From positions 1,350,001-1,382,000 of the forward strand of contig NC_007681.1 in assembly GCF_000012545.1 (NCBI RefSeq): a DNA stretch of 32,000 nt. Direction: 5' to 3'. The DNA is from Methanosphaera stadtmanae DSM 3091. Its GTDB lineage: Archaea; Methanobacteriota; Methanobacteria; Methanobacteriales; Methanobacteriaceae. The notes under the pieces are model-generated. The model did no database searches. It had not been told where the DNA came from and saw only the letters and a list, made by a program, of their open reading frames with translations. Below are positions 1 through 9,518 of this stretch, piece after piece. A program made the position numbers and the translations under genes. Positions within the stretch are counted from its first letter, which is position 1. The number at the start of each line of letters is the position of its first letter.

Positions 1-271
1 TGCTATGAGAATTGCAGCTGAAGATGGATTTAAAGGAGTAGTTGCAATAGGAAACGCTCCAACAGCATTGTTTGAAGTAATGGAATTAGTTGAAGAAGGT
101 CAAATGGATGCACGTGCAGTTGCAGGGGTACCTGTAGGATTTGTAGGTGCAGCTGATTCTAAAGAAGCATTATCCAAAACAAATATACCTTATGCAATTA
201 CAACAGGACCTAAAGGTGGAACACCAATTGCAGTTGCAATTATTAATTCATTATTAAATATTAAAAAATAA
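1..271 (+). CDS. cbiC: Cobalt-precorrin-8 methylmutase (CbiC/CobH family), C-terminal fragment; 5' end lies outside the window
   Basis: The frame is open to the left window edge. The tail AIGNAPTALFEV...GVPVGFVGAADSKEAL...GPKGGTPIAVAIINSLL matches the conserved C-terminal half of CbiC/CobH as I recall the family. The stop is at 269-271, 15 nt before hemL on the same strand. Confidence 0.8.
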   Translation, partial: AMRIAAEDGFKGVVAIGNAPTALFEVMELVEEGQMDARAVAGVPVGFVGAADSKEALSKTNIPYAITTGPKGGTPIAVAIINSLLNIKK

Positions 272-286
272 AAGAGGAGACAATAA

Positions 287-1558
287 ATGAAACTTGATAA
301 ATCAAAAGAATTATTTGATGAAGCTGTAAATTACCTTCCCGGAGGAGTTAATTCACCAGTACGAGCATACAAACCTTATCCTTTCTTTGCTAAAAGTGCT
401 AAAGGTTCAAAAATATATGATGTTGATGGAAATGAATATATAGATTATTGTTTAGGATATGGACCCTTACTTTTTGGTCATGCAAATGAACATATTATTG
501 AAAAATCCATTGAACAATTAAAATTAGGTACAGATTATGGAGTACCTTCAGAAAAAGAAGTTCAACTAGCAAAAGAAGTAATCAAAAGAGTGCCATGTGC
601 ACAAATGGTTCGATTTACAAATTCTGGAACTGAAGCTACAATGAGTGCTATTAGATTAGCACGTGGAATTACAAAAAGAGACAAAATAATCAAATTCGAA
701 GGAGCATACCATGGAGCTCATGACGCTGTACTAGTCAAATCAGGATCAGGAGCTGCAGGACTACCCGATTCTCCAGGAATACCTACAGATACAACAAAAA
801 ATACTATGCTCGTAGAATTCAATGATGAAGAAGCCCTAAAAAAACTTATTAATGAAAATAAAGATGAAATTGCATGTATTATTGTTGAACCTGTTATGGG
901 AAATATTGGATGTGTTCCACCTAAAGAAGGTTACCTTGATTTTTTACGTGAAATTACATTAGAAAATGGAATTTTATTAATTATTGATGAAGTTATCACA
1001 GGTTTCAGAATAAGTAAAGGTGGTGCACAAGAATATTATAATGTTATCCCTGACTTAGCTACATTTGGTAAAATTGTAGGTGGAGGATTCCCTATTGGAG
1101 CTATTGCAGGAAAAAAAGAATATATGGAACAATTTACTCCTAGTGGAAAAATATATCAAGCTGGTACATTTAGTGGAAATCCAATGTCCATTAATGGAGG
1201 ATTAGCTGCATTTGAAGTTTTAGATGATAATAGTTATAAACAGTTACATAAAAGTGGAGAATATTTCAGAAATGGAATTGTAGACATACTAGATAAATTA
1301 AATATTAACTTCCATGTAAATGGTGTTGAATCTATGACACAAATATACTTCACTGAAAATGAGGTATATGATTATAAAACAGCACAAACATCTGATACAG
1401 AAAACTTCTTAAAATACTTCCACCTACTTCTTGAAAATGGAGTGTTTATTGCTCCATCACAGTATGAATGTGGTTTTATATCAACATCACATAGTAGAGA
1501 TGACTTAGATAAAACCTTAAATGCAATTGAAATTGCTCTAACAAAATTATATAAATAA
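287..1558 (+). CDS. hemL: Glutamate-1-semialdehyde 2,1-aminomutase
   Basis: 423-aa ORF with a GAGGAG Shine-Dalgarno at 274-279. The N-terminal [19 protein letters not shown] and the class-III aminotransferase PLP-lysine region ([15 protein letters not shown]) are typical of HemL. Oligo-T tracts follow the stop. Confidence 0.95.
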   Translation: MKLDKSKELFDEAVNYLPGGVNSPVRAYKPYPFFAKSAKGSKIYDVDGNEYIDYCLGYGPLLFGHANEHIIEKSIEQLKLGTDYGVPSEKEVQLAKEVIKRVPCAQMVRFTNSGTEATMSAIRLARGITKRDKIIKFEGAYHGAHDAVLVKSGSGAAGLPDSPGIPTDTTKNTMLVEFNDEEALKKLINENKDEIACIIVEPVMGNIGCVPPKEGYLDFLREITLENGILLIIDEVITGFRISKGGAQEYYNVIPDLATFGKIVGGGFPIGAIAGKKEYMEQFTPSGKIYQAGTFSGNPMSINGGLAAFEVLDDNSYKQLHKSGEYFRNGIVDILDKLNINFHVNGVESMTQIYFTENEVYDYKTAQTSDTENFLKYFHLLLENGVFIAPSQYECGFISTSHSRDDLDKTLNAIEIALTKLYK

Positions 1559-1565
1559 ACTCCCC

Positions 1566-1584
1566 TTCTTTTTTTACTTTTTTT
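1566..1584 (+). terminator. Oligo-T archaeal terminator after hemL (two T7 runs)
   Basis: T7 at 1569-1575 and T7 at 1578-1584 begin 11 nt after the hemL stop. Archaeal RNA polymerase terminates at oligo-T tracts. Confidence 0.5.
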
Positions 1585-1686
1585 ATATTAGAACTTCTTT
1601 TAAAAAAAAATAATTACTTATCCTTAAATTTAATAATATATTCATATAAAATTATTAATACTAAAAAAAATATTAGGTTATTAAGT

Positions 1687-2385
1687 ATGAAAATTGCAAT
1701 TGGACTTGGAGAAAATAAAAATGTTTTAGAAGCAGTGAAACAATTTCCATATGATATAAAAATAGCAAGGACAAATGAAGAATTACTGAATTATTTAAAT
1801 AATCCAGAAATAGATGGTGTTATAAGAGGATCACTTGAATCAAACATTATCATGGATCTTAAAAAGAAGTATCCCCATATATTTAGAGCTTCCATACTTG
1901 AAAAAGATGGACATAAATTCATGTTAACACCTGTTGGTATTGATGAATGTGATACTATAAAAGCTAAAAAAACAATAATACGTGAATGTTCTAGAATTAT
2001 CAAACAAACTGGACACACTCCAAAAATAGCATTGATTTCTGGTGGAAGAAAACAAGATAAGGGTAGAAGTCCCAAAATAGATCATAGTATTGATGAATGT
2101 GAACAAATAGTTCAAGATTTAAAAGATGAATGTAATATAAAACATTACTATATTCTAATTGAAGAAGCAATAAAAGACCATGCAAATGTAATAATTGCAC
2201 CTGATGGAATAAGTGGAAATATTATTTTCAGAAGCTTAGTCTTAGTAGCTGGAATAAAAAGTTATGGTGCTCTTACATTGAAACAAGAAAAATTATTCAT
2301 AGATACTTCTCGTTCACAAACTACTGAAGGTTATGTTAATGCAATAACTCTACTGACAAATATTATTAAAACTAAAAATAAGTGA
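1687..2385 (+). CDS. MtxX-like protein / putative methanogen marker protein 4 (phosphotransacetylase-PlsX-like fold), function unknown
   Basis: 232-aa ORF. The segment IIAPDGISGNIIFRSL resembles the PDxxxGNIxYK motif of phosphate acyltransferases. Size and overall pattern match my recollection of the MtxX / methanogen-marker-4 family. The family assignment is from memory and was not searched. Confidence 0.55.
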   Translation: MKIAIGLGENKNVLEAVKQFPYDIKIARTNEELLNYLNNPEIDGVIRGSLESNIIMDLKKKYPHIFRASILEKDGHKFMLTPVGIDECDTIKAKKTIIRECSRIIKQTGHTPKIALISGGRKQDKGRSPKIDHSIDECEQIVQDLKDECNIKHYYILIEEAIKDHANVIIAPDGISGNIIFRSLVLVAGIKSYGALTLKQEKLFIDTSRSQTTEGYVNAITLLTNIIKTKNK

Positions 2386-2425
2386 AAAAAGTTATTATTT
2401 TATGTAAGAATAAACAAATAAATAG

Positions 2426-2433
2426 TATAAATA
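2426..2433 (+). promoter_or_regulatory. Candidate TATA box (TATAAATA) for uppS
   Basis: An 8-bp TATA-like element ends 22 nt before the uppS ATG (2456), and no GGAGG-type SD lies between them. TATA-like strings are common in this AT-rich DNA, so confidence is low. Confidence 0.3.
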
Positions 2434-2455
2434 AAAAATTGAAGAAGAATCTACT

Positions 2456-3223
2456 ATGATATTATTACAACCCTTATACTCATTATATGAATGGTATATT
2501 ACAAGAAACCTTGAAGCAGATAAGATGCCAAACCATGTTGCAATAATAATGGATGGTAATAGACGTTACTCTAAAATTCAAGGAAATATGGATCCAATAG
2601 AAGGTCATAAAAAGGGAGTGGATACACTAGAAAATGTTATTGAATGGTGTATTGATTTAGGTATTAATATTGTAACAGTCTATGCATTTTCAACTGAGAA
2701 CTTCAATAGAGATAAAAAGGAAGTAGAGGGTTTAATGGATTTATTTGTTCAAAGTTTTTTAAATATTAGTACAAATAAGAAAATTCATAAAAATAAGATA
2801 CGATTAAATGCTGTTGGTAAATTAGAATTGTTTCCAAAAAAAGTTAGAGATGCAATTGACACTGCAGAAGAATCTACAAAAGATTATAATGAAAGAATGA
2901 TTAATATTGCAATGGGTTATGATGGAAGAGTAGAAATTGTAGATGCATTTAAGAAGATTGCAAGAGAAGTTCAAAAGGGTAATATTGAACCTGATGAAAT
3001 AAATGAAAAAATGATTAATGATAATTTATATACAGCAGGACTTGAAGATCCAAATCTAGTAATACGTACTAGTGGAGAAGAAAGATTAAGTGGATTCCTA
3101 TTATGGCAATCTTCCTACTCCGAATTATATTTTACAGATAGTCTTTGGCCACAACTAAGAAAAGTAGATTTTCTACGCGCAATAAGATCATATACACAAA
3201 GACAAAGAAGATTTGGAAGATAA
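2456..3223 (+). CDS. uppS: Undecaprenyl/di-trans,poly-cis-polyprenyl diphosphate synthase (cis-prenyltransferase)
   Basis: 255 aa. Signature [12 protein letters not shown] near the N-terminus, later [10 protein letters not shown], and the C-terminal [24 protein letters not shown] block are all hallmarks of the UppS family. Confidence 0.9.
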   Translation: MILLQPLYSLYEWYITRNLEADKMPNHVAIIMDGNRRYSKIQGNMDPIEGHKKGVDTLENVIEWCIDLGINIVTVYAFSTENFNRDKKEVEGLMDLFVQSFLNISTNKKIHKNKIRLNAVGKLELFPKKVRDAIDTAEESTKDYNERMINIAMGYDGRVEIVDAFKKIAREVQKGNIEPDEINEKMINDNLYTAGLEDPNLVIRTSGEERLSGFLLWQSSYSELYFTDSLWPQLRKVDFLRAIRSYTQRQRRFGR

Positions 3224-3244
3224 CTAGATAAAAGAAGGATAAAT

Positions 3245-4003
3245 ATGATAGATACACATTGTCATTTAAGTTTTGAAGAATTTGATAATAAAAGAGAAGA
3301 AATTATAGAAAATACTAGAAAAGAATTTAAATATATTGTTGACTCTGGTGCTAGTTATAAGGGTAATATTAGATCATTAAAAGTAGCATCACAATACAAT
3401 GGTTTTATAAAAACCACTATGGGTTACCATCCAGAGTATGCAGGAAATGATAATAAAGAAACTATTAATAAAACTTTGAAACAAATTAGTGATAATATAG
3501 ATAATATTCAAGCTATTGGCGAAATTGGACTTGATTTCTCAGTAAAAAGATCCGAAAATGAATTAAAAAGACAACATACTGTTTTTGAAAAATTATTAGA
3601 TATGGCAACTGAATATGATATGCCTATTGTTTTACATGTACGTGATGCTGAAGCTCATGCTCTTAATATTGTAAAAAAATATACTGAAATTCCAGATGTT
3701 ATATTTCATTGTTTTAGTGGAAGTAAAGAAACTGCAATGGAAGCTGTTGATTATGGATATTATATTTCTTTTGCTACAAATACCCTTTTTTCAAAAAGAC
3801 ATAAAAAAAATATGAAAAAGGTTCCCCTTGAAAACATGCTTACTGAAACAGATAGTCCCTATCTTTCCCCTGTGAAGGGTGAATATAATCAACCACTGAA
3901 TATAAGAAAGACTATTGAAAGAATTGCAAGAACAAAAAAGATTGATTTTGAAGAAATAGAAAAAGAAACTGAGAAAAATGCAATAGATGTATATAACCTG
4001 TAG
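3245..4003 (+). CDS. tatD: TatD-family metal-dependent hydrolase/DNase
   Basis: 252 aa with the N-terminal IDTHCHL motif, then GEIGLDF, HVRDA, HCFSG and TETDSPYL, the usual metal-ligand blocks of TatD. Confidence 0.85.
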   Translation: MIDTHCHLSFEEFDNKREEIIENTRKEFKYIVDSGASYKGNIRSLKVASQYNGFIKTTMGYHPEYAGNDNKETINKTLKQISDNIDNIQAIGEIGLDFSVKRSENELKRQHTVFEKLLDMATEYDMPIVLHVRDAEAHALNIVKKYTEIPDVIFHCFSGSKETAMEAVDYGYYISFATNTLFSKRHKKNMKKVPLENMLTETDSPYLSPVKGEYNQPLNIRKTIERIARTKKIDFEEIEKETEKNAIDVYNL

Positions 4004-4015
4004 GAGATTGTATTT

Positions 4016-4396
4016 ATGGATGATATGTTAAAAATGTATATTGAAAAAAGAAGAGAATATGAATCTAAAATAAAAAAGGATTTATTAGATATTGAGAAAT
4101 CTGTTACTGGATTTGTTGAAGTCGATGATTATTTTAGTATTAAGGATAAAGAGGAGTTAATTACTTTTAAAATCATTGAAATTAATAACATGAAACATGT
4201 TACAATAACCACAGCCAATACTCCTGAAACCATTCTTAGTAATTTAAGTATTGTTGATAATCCTGACTTAATTTTATGGGTTATTCAAAATGATAATCTT
4301 ATTAAACAAGGTTTTAAAGAAGTTTTAATAAATGCTGTTCGTAATGGTGAAAATATAGTAAATACTTTAAGAGAATTAAAAGTTAATTACAAGTGA
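4016..4396 (+). CDS. Hypothetical protein, 126 aa, no family recognised
   Basis: An AGGAGA SD lies 7-12 nt upstream of the ATG. The gene is tightly packed between tatD (12-nt gap) and the downstream reductase (6-nt gap) on the same strand. Its composition is ordinary and not low-complexity. Confidence 0.55.
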   Translation: MDDMLKMYIEKRREYESKIKKDLLDIEKSVTGFVEVDDYFSIKDKEELITFKIIEINNMKHVTITTANTPETILSNLSIVDNPDLILWVIQNDNLIKQGFKEVLINAVRNGENIVNTLRELKVNYK

Positions 4397-4402
4397 GTTT
4401 AT

Positions 4403-5050
4403 ATGAAGCCATATGTATTATTAAATTCAGCCATGACAGTTGATGGTAAGATTGCAACCAACAACAGTTCAATGAAAATATCTGGTAAGAATGATTTAAT
4501 TAGAGTACATACTTTACGAAAAGAGTATGATGGTATCATGGTTGGCATAAATACTGTTTTAATTGATAATCCTAAATTAACAATTCATAAAATTAATTGT
4601 AAAAAATCAGAAAATCCTACAAGAATCATTGTTGATAGTAGTGCTAGAATTCCATTAGATTCAAAAGTTTTAAATGATGATGCTAAAACAATTGTTATTG
4701 TATCATCTAAGGCCAACAAAGCTAGTGTTGAATTATTAAAAGAAAAATGTAATGTTATTATATGTGGTTCAAAACAAGTTAATTTAAAATTAGCATTAGA
4801 TAAGTTATATTCCCTTGGAATAAAGAGTATTCTCCTAGAAGGTGGTTCAACACTTAACTTTTCAATGTTTAAAGAGAAACTTATCGATGAAGTTTCTATT
4901 TGTATTGGTTCTAAAATTTTAGGAGGATATGATTCAAAGACCTTTGTTGATGGTGAAGGTTTTGATAAGAATGATTGTATTAATTTAAAAATAAAAAAAG
5001 TAGAAAAAATAGATGATGATATTTTATTAAAATATGATGTTATCTATTAA
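4403..5050 (+). CDS. 2,5-diamino-6-(ribosylamino)-4(3H)-pyrimidinone 5'-phosphate reductase (RibD C-terminal-domain type, archaeal riboflavin/F420 pathway)
   Basis: 215 aa. The N-terminal PYVLLNSAMTVDGKIAT, then YDGIMVGINTVLIDNPKLT and LLEGGSTLNFSMF, form the dihydrofolate-reductase-like RibD_C pattern. Confidence 0.8.
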   Translation: MKPYVLLNSAMTVDGKIATNNSSMKISGKNDLIRVHTLRKEYDGIMVGINTVLIDNPKLTIHKINCKKSENPTRIIVDSSARIPLDSKVLNDDAKTIVIVSSKANKASVELLKEKCNVIICGSKQVNLKLALDKLYSLGIKSILLEGGSTLNFSMFKEKLIDEVSICIGSKILGGYDSKTFVDGEGFDKNDCINLKIKKVEKIDDDILLKYDVIY

Positions 5051-5057
5051 ATTTTTT

Positions 5058-5729
5058 TTAAATTAATCCATGTTTTTTAAGTATTTTTTCAGGATTATCT
5101 TTTAATATTTTTGGAATTTCATCTTCAGGTATTTCTGCACCTCTTGCAATACGTTCTGCTAATTCATATGTTATTAAATCATCAGGTGAATGTGTATCCG
5201 TATCTAAAACAAGGTTTGCTCCCATATCTAGTCCTAATTTTGCCACATGCCCATTACCTAAACAATGTCCTTTTCTTGCACTGATTTCTAATGATACATC
5301 ATTATCAATTGCAATTTCCACTTCTTCAGGTGTTATAAGTCCAGGATGTCCAATTATATCTACTTCTGGTGATTCTGCTGCTTTTCTATTTGTTCCTGGT
5401 CTTACTGGTTCAACTATTGTTTCACCATGCACTACCACTATTTCTGCACCGTATTTTCTTGCTTTGTTTGCTAATTTATCTATTACTTCTATTGGCGTAT
5501 GTGTTATTTCTACTCCTGGTATTATGTTAATATCCCAATTATCACGTATATCATTTACTGCTTCAGATATTTTTGAAGCTACTTCTATATTTGATGCATC
5601 GACATGATCTGTTATTGCTAATGCTTTATGTCCCAGCACATCTGCTCTTCTTGCAAGTTCTGATGGTAATAATTCACCATCACTAAAAATACTATGTGTA
5701 TGTAGGTCTATTCTTTTATTTTCTGACAT
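5058..5729 (-). CDS. PHP-domain metal-dependent phosphoesterase
   Basis: 223 aa. The N-terminal [12 protein letters not shown], then ALAITDHVD and later DTDTHSPDD, are the PHP (polymerase/histidinol phosphatase) His/Asp motifs. A GGAGA SD lies upstream. Confidence 0.8.
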   Translation of the reverse strand: MSENKRIDLHTHSIFSDGELLPSELARRADVLGHKALAITDHVDASNIEVASKISEAVNDIRDNWDINIIPGVEITHTPIEVIDKLANKARKYGAEIVVVHGETIVEPVRPGTNRKAAESPEVDIIGHPGLITPEEVEIAIDNDVSLEISARKGHCLGNGHVAKLGLDMGANLVLDTDTHSPDDLITYELAERIARGAEIPEDEIPKILKDNPEKILKKHGLI

Positions 5730-5836
5730 AGATATTATTCTCCAAATATTGTTATGATTAAATTAAATTTATTATATAATTATTTTTATTTTTTATATAA
5801 TTTTATTTATGAATATGAAATGATATAAATAATATC

Positions 5837-6715
5837 ATGAAAAATGAACTTAGTGTATTTGTACCTTCACATATAACAGGTTTTTTTGAAATTATTCAAA
5901 ATAGTAATCCCCTTCTTAAAGGCTCAAAAGGTGCAGGTATTACCCTTGATGAAGGTGTAGTTACAAATACGAAAATTAAAGATGGAAATGGAAATATAAT
6001 TATAAATGTTAATAATAAAGAAGATTCTCTTAACACAATAAGTAAAAAGACTGTTAAGATTATTTTAGATAGATATAATGTTAATATTCAAGATTATGAT
6101 ATTTATATTAATCATGATAGTAAATTACCTATCGGTGCTGGTTTTGGAACAAGTGCTGCATTTGCATTGGGTATTAGTTTTACATTACCTAAGTTAATGG
6201 GAATTAATATTAGTTTCAAAGAAGCAGGAGAAATTGCTCATCTTGCTGAAATTTCACAATCAAGTGGTTTGGGTGATGTTATATCTGAAATGTTTGGTGG
6301 TTGTGTTATTAGATTAAATGAAGGTTCACCAGTAAAAGGTATAATTGATAAAATTCCAATAACTAAACCTATATATGTTATTACTAAAACTATTGGTTTA
6401 TTAGAAACTAAGGATATAATTGAAAATCCTATTCATCAAAAGCATATAAATCAAAGTGGTAGTATTTTACTTAATAGATTAATAAATAATCCAAGTATTT
6501 CTAATTTCATGAAATTATCAAGAAAGTTTGCAAATGACACACAATTAATTTCTAAAGAAATAGCAGAAATAATAAACATTCTAGATGAAGAAACACTGGG
6601 TGCCTCTATGGCTATGCTTGGAAATACAGCTTTTGCACTATCATACAGTCCTGATACAACGATAGATAATCCAATTATAACAAAAATAAATACTAAAGGA
6701 ATTGAATATAAGTAA
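5837..6715 (+). CDS. GHMP-family kinase, most likely archaeal pantoate kinase (CoA biosynthesis)
   Basis: 292 aa with GHMP motif II PIGAGFGTSAAFALG. The N-terminal VFVPSHITGFFEI...GSKGAGITL resembles pantoate kinase (the Thermococcus TK2141 type) rather than archaeal shikimate or mevalonate kinase, as far as I recall. Confidence 0.65.
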   Translation: MKNELSVFVPSHITGFFEIIQNSNPLLKGSKGAGITLDEGVVTNTKIKDGNGNIIINVNNKEDSLNTISKKTVKIILDRYNVNIQDYDIYINHDSKLPIGAGFGTSAAFALGISFTLPKLMGINISFKEAGEIAHLAEISQSSGLGDVISEMFGGCVIRLNEGSPVKGIIDKIPITKPIYVITKTIGLLETKDIIENPIHQKHINQSGSILLNRLINNPSISNFMKLSRKFANDTQLISKEIAEIINILDEETLGASMAMLGNTAFALSYSPDTTIDNPIITKINTKGIEYK

Positions 6716-6769
6716 TAAAAATAGATTCTATATAAAAAAAAGTTTTATAGAAGAAAAAGAATATGAAGA

Positions 6770-7561
6770 TTAAACTTTTTTAACATCTTCAATACAATAA
6801 ATTATTCCTTTATCTTCTAATCTTGAAGTTACTCTATTTGTCATTTTACCTACTGTAAATACAAGTACACGTAAACCTTTTTCTGCAGCACTACAAGTTG
6901 CCTCAGCAGTAGCAAATTCAAAATCTGGATAAACATTTAAATGATTTGTAATAGCCCTTGCACTTGTTCCTAAAACACCTATTCTATCAAAATCTTGTGC
7001 ATAAATTTCATTTATTTTTTCCATATCACATGCTCTAGATCCACCTTCAGCAATAGGAGGTATTTTTACTATAACAACATCTTTAGGAACTAAATCTATT
7101 TCTCCACCAAGATTTATAAGAGTTACATCTTCACCTTCTAAAGCATCATTAAATACTTCTGCATATGCTCCTGATTTATCTTCAGTATCAGCATATAAAA
7201 TACCATCTTCCATATTTAACCATACTTGTTCACCTTGATGTAAATCTTCAGCAGCAATTGCAGGCCAAATAGATTTATATCCATTCATTGTTGTTAAAAC
7301 CATATCTGAATAAGATTTAAGATTTATTGCTTCAGTTTTTACCTTATCTATACCATATTTGGTTATTTTATATCTGAAATTTGAGCTTCCTGTTTCAACA
7401 TAACCCTCTTTAACTAAAGATTTAATATTTTCAGAAACAGCCTGTACAGTTATTCCTAATTCATCAGCAATATCCTTTTGTTTAAGATGAGGTTCCTGCT
7501 GTGCAATTTTTGCAAGAATTTGGAATTTTGTGAATTCACCCTTATTTTTAAATATTCTCAT
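6770..7561 (-). CDS. Transcriptional regulator: N-terminal winged HTH plus uncharacterised ~190-aa C-terminal domain
   Basis: 263 aa. Residues ~10-75 ([43 protein letters not shown]) are a clear wHTH. The remainder has no motif I recognise. A GAGGT SD lies 7 nt before the ATG. Confidence 0.65.
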   Translation of the reverse strand: MRIFKNKGEFTKFQILAKIAQQEPHLKQKDIADELGITVQAVSENIKSLVKEGYVETGSSNFRYKITKYGIDKVKTEAINLKSYSDMVLTTMNGYKSIWPAIAAEDLHQGEQVWLNMEDGILYADTEDKSGAYAEVFNDALEGEDVTLINLGGEIDLVPKDVVIVKIPPIAEGGSRACDMEKINEIYAQDFDRIGVLGTSARAITNHLNVYPDFEFATAEATCSAAEKGLRVLVFTVGKMTNRVTSRLEDKGIIYCIEDVKKV

Positions 7562-7744
7562 ATGTGATACCTCTTAATAGTTATTCTATTAAAAATCAAT
7601 GAAATTTTAATACTATATATTAATATATAAAAATTACTTTATTTAAATCTTTATAAAAAAAACCATTGAATAAAAAATTAATATATTATGTGGTTTGAAT
7701 AATATGAAACTAAAATTCTTAAAGAAAGAAAAAAAATGAAATAA

Positions 7745-9178
7745 TTAATTAAAATTAACAGAATTATTTAATAATTCCAAAAATTGGTCTATATTATCCT
7801 CTGGAATATATGCACCACATGCAACACTATGTCCTCCACCAGAACCACCACATTTCTGAGAAATATCCCTTACAAGATTACCATAATGTACACCATCATA
7901 ACCAAGTAATCTAGAACAACGAAGTGATACTTTATATCCTGGTGTATCTGAATCAATATGTGTATAACCAACTATAGGTTTTTGCCAATCATAATTATTT
8001 AATAACATTCCTGCAATCGTTCCAACAACACTCGCCTTAACATCATCCCCATTAAAATACTGAATATTATCCATTATTTCAACAGAATTATTCTCTTGAA
8101 TTTTTGTTAAACTCTGAGCAAGATATTGTTTATGTTCTTTAACAAGAGCTTCTAACTCCACATGTCTTTGAGCTCTATGTCCTTTAATAACATCCATTCC
8201 CAATTCATAATTATTGTTTCTTCCACAAGCATTGATAACAGTACTATACTCACTTGCATCTTTAAAAGGAGTGTAATCTTCCTCAAAAGTAAATTCATAT
8301 GTTTCTCCAGAAATTAATTTAGGAATATATTTAACATATCTATCAGGAACTTCTCTTGTCATCATTTTCAATAATTCACCAAATAATTTAGATTTTTCAT
8401 CCATACTTAAATCACAAAGATATCTTACAGAACCTAAATCATTTTTAACAGGAATTCCCAAGTTTTCCAAGAAATAAACACATTCATTACGATTATTTGT
8501 TAGAGGTAGATGAATATCACCAAAGTAGGATAAAGCTACAAATAATGGTCTAGTATGTCTACCATACAATAATAAATCATTTGTATAATCAACACAACCC
8601 ACTTCCTTTCCATCATTTAAAATTTCAGTATTAAGACCCCTTAGTCGTCCTGTCATACTATTTTGCATATCTCCAACTGCACTTAAAATACCCATCCAAC
8701 TTAAATCATAAAAATGAAATGATTTAGCAAGTAGATATGATAAACCTCCACCAGAAATTGTATATGATCCATCTAATCCATAATAGTTTGGATTAATTTC
8801 AATTAAATTACCCTTTAGTTTTGTACCTAATTTACGTATAGGTGGATGATGATCAAGTACAATTACTGATTTATTTGAATTATCACAGATATTAGATACG
8901 TTTTGACCTGCACCTAAATCTGATATTATAGTTAAATCTGTGTCAGTAGTTAAATTTTCTACTTCATTAATATCTACAAAGTTAACACTATGATCTATCT
9001 CAAGTTTATCAAAAATAGATGATAAAATACTACCTGCTGTTATACCATCACAATCTGTGTGTGTAAATACTGTAATATCCTCAGCATCTAAAATTTTATC
9101 TTTTGCCTTACTAAATAATAAGTCCATATGTTTTCTTGAATCAACAATATTAGAAGAACTATCTCCAACTTCACTCAT
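7745..9178 (-). CDS. RecJ-like DHH/DHHA1 phosphoesterase (archaeal RecJ/Cdc45-type nuclease)
   Basis: 477 aa with the DHH motifs FTHTDCDGITAG, ISDLG and VLDHHPP, and the DHHA1 motif GGGHSVACGA near the C-terminus. Confidence 0.8.
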   Translation of the reverse strand: MSEVGDSSSNIVDSRKHMDLLFSKAKDKILDAEDITVFTHTDCDGITAGSILSSIFDKLEIDHSVNFVDINEVENLTTDTDLTIISDLGAGQNVSNICDNSNKSVIVLDHHPPIRKLGTKLKGNLIEINPNYYGLDGSYTISGGGLSYLLAKSFHFYDLSWMGILSAVGDMQNSMTGRLRGLNTEILNDGKEVGCVDYTNDLLLYGRHTRPLFVALSYFGDIHLPLTNNRNECVYFLENLGIPVKNDLGSVRYLCDLSMDEKSKLFGELLKMMTREVPDRYVKYIPKLISGETYEFTFEEDYTPFKDASEYSTVINACGRNNNYELGMDVIKGHRAQRHVELEALVKEHKQYLAQSLTKIQENNSVEIMDNIQYFNGDDVKASVVGTIAGMLLNNYDWQKPIVGYTHIDSDTPGYKVSLRCSRLLGYDGVHYGNLVRDISQKCGGSGGGHSVACGAYIPEDNIDQFLELLNNSVNFN

Positions 9179-9225
9179 TTAAAAACTCCATAAAAATTAT
9201 TAAAAAAAGATTAGAAGATGAATAT

Positions 9226-9504
9226 TTAATTGTTACGTGAATTCTTAATATTTTTAGCAATAGCACGTAATAATTCTAATTTAGTCATATCTTCTTGTTC
9301 TACAACAACTCTTCCAGATTTTTCCCACCAAGAACCTGGATAAGATTTATTATGTTCAACAACATATTGTATTTTTAATTTTTTTAGACTCTGACTAATT
9401 TCACGTATTTTAGGTTCTTCCACTGATTCTTCAAGGGATAATTTTCTACCTTCACCCCTTGAATGTTCTGAATTTATATATGTTGGCCAAATTATTGTTT
9501 TCAT
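9226..9504 (-). CDS. srp19: Signal recognition particle 19-kDa protein
   Basis: 92 aa. The N-terminal IIWPTYINSEHSRGEGRKL is the SRP19 signature (IWPxYxDxxxSRxEGRR). A GGGAGA SD is present, and the gene starts 14 nt after the hemD stop. Confidence 0.85.
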   Translation of the reverse strand: MKTIIWPTYINSEHSRGEGRKLSLEESVEEPKIREISQSLKKLKIQYVVEHNKSYPGSWWEKSGRVVVEQEDMTKLELLRAIAKNIKNSRNN

Positions 9505-9518
9505 ATGAATCTCCCTAA

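Noticed and set aside
1791-2200. Three overlapping minus-strand ORFs (94, 63 and 66 aa) lie inside the MtxX-like gene. Similar antisense ORFs occur at 9934-10239, 12240-12485, 13071-13274, 13692-14189, 14778-15092, 16246-16464, 26274-26501, 26964-27197, 30523-30732 and 31355-31570.
   Set aside because: All are fully embedded antisense in well-supported genes. They lack SDs and encode hydrophobic or low-complexity strings. I see no evidence that they are coding.
7614-7629. A perfect 16-bp palindrome, TATATATTAATATATA, lies 53-68 nt upstream of the wHTH regulator gene. I considered an autoregulatory operator.
   Set aside because: (TA)n-type sequence is self-complementary by construction and is expected in archaeal promoters, where it is probably the TATA box itself. 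There is no information beyond low complexity.
7680-7741. There are tiny ORFs in the spacer between the regulator and the RecJ-like gene, for example MKLKFLKKEKK (11 aa).
   Set aside because: They are too short, Lys-rich translations of A-rich DNA, with no SD.
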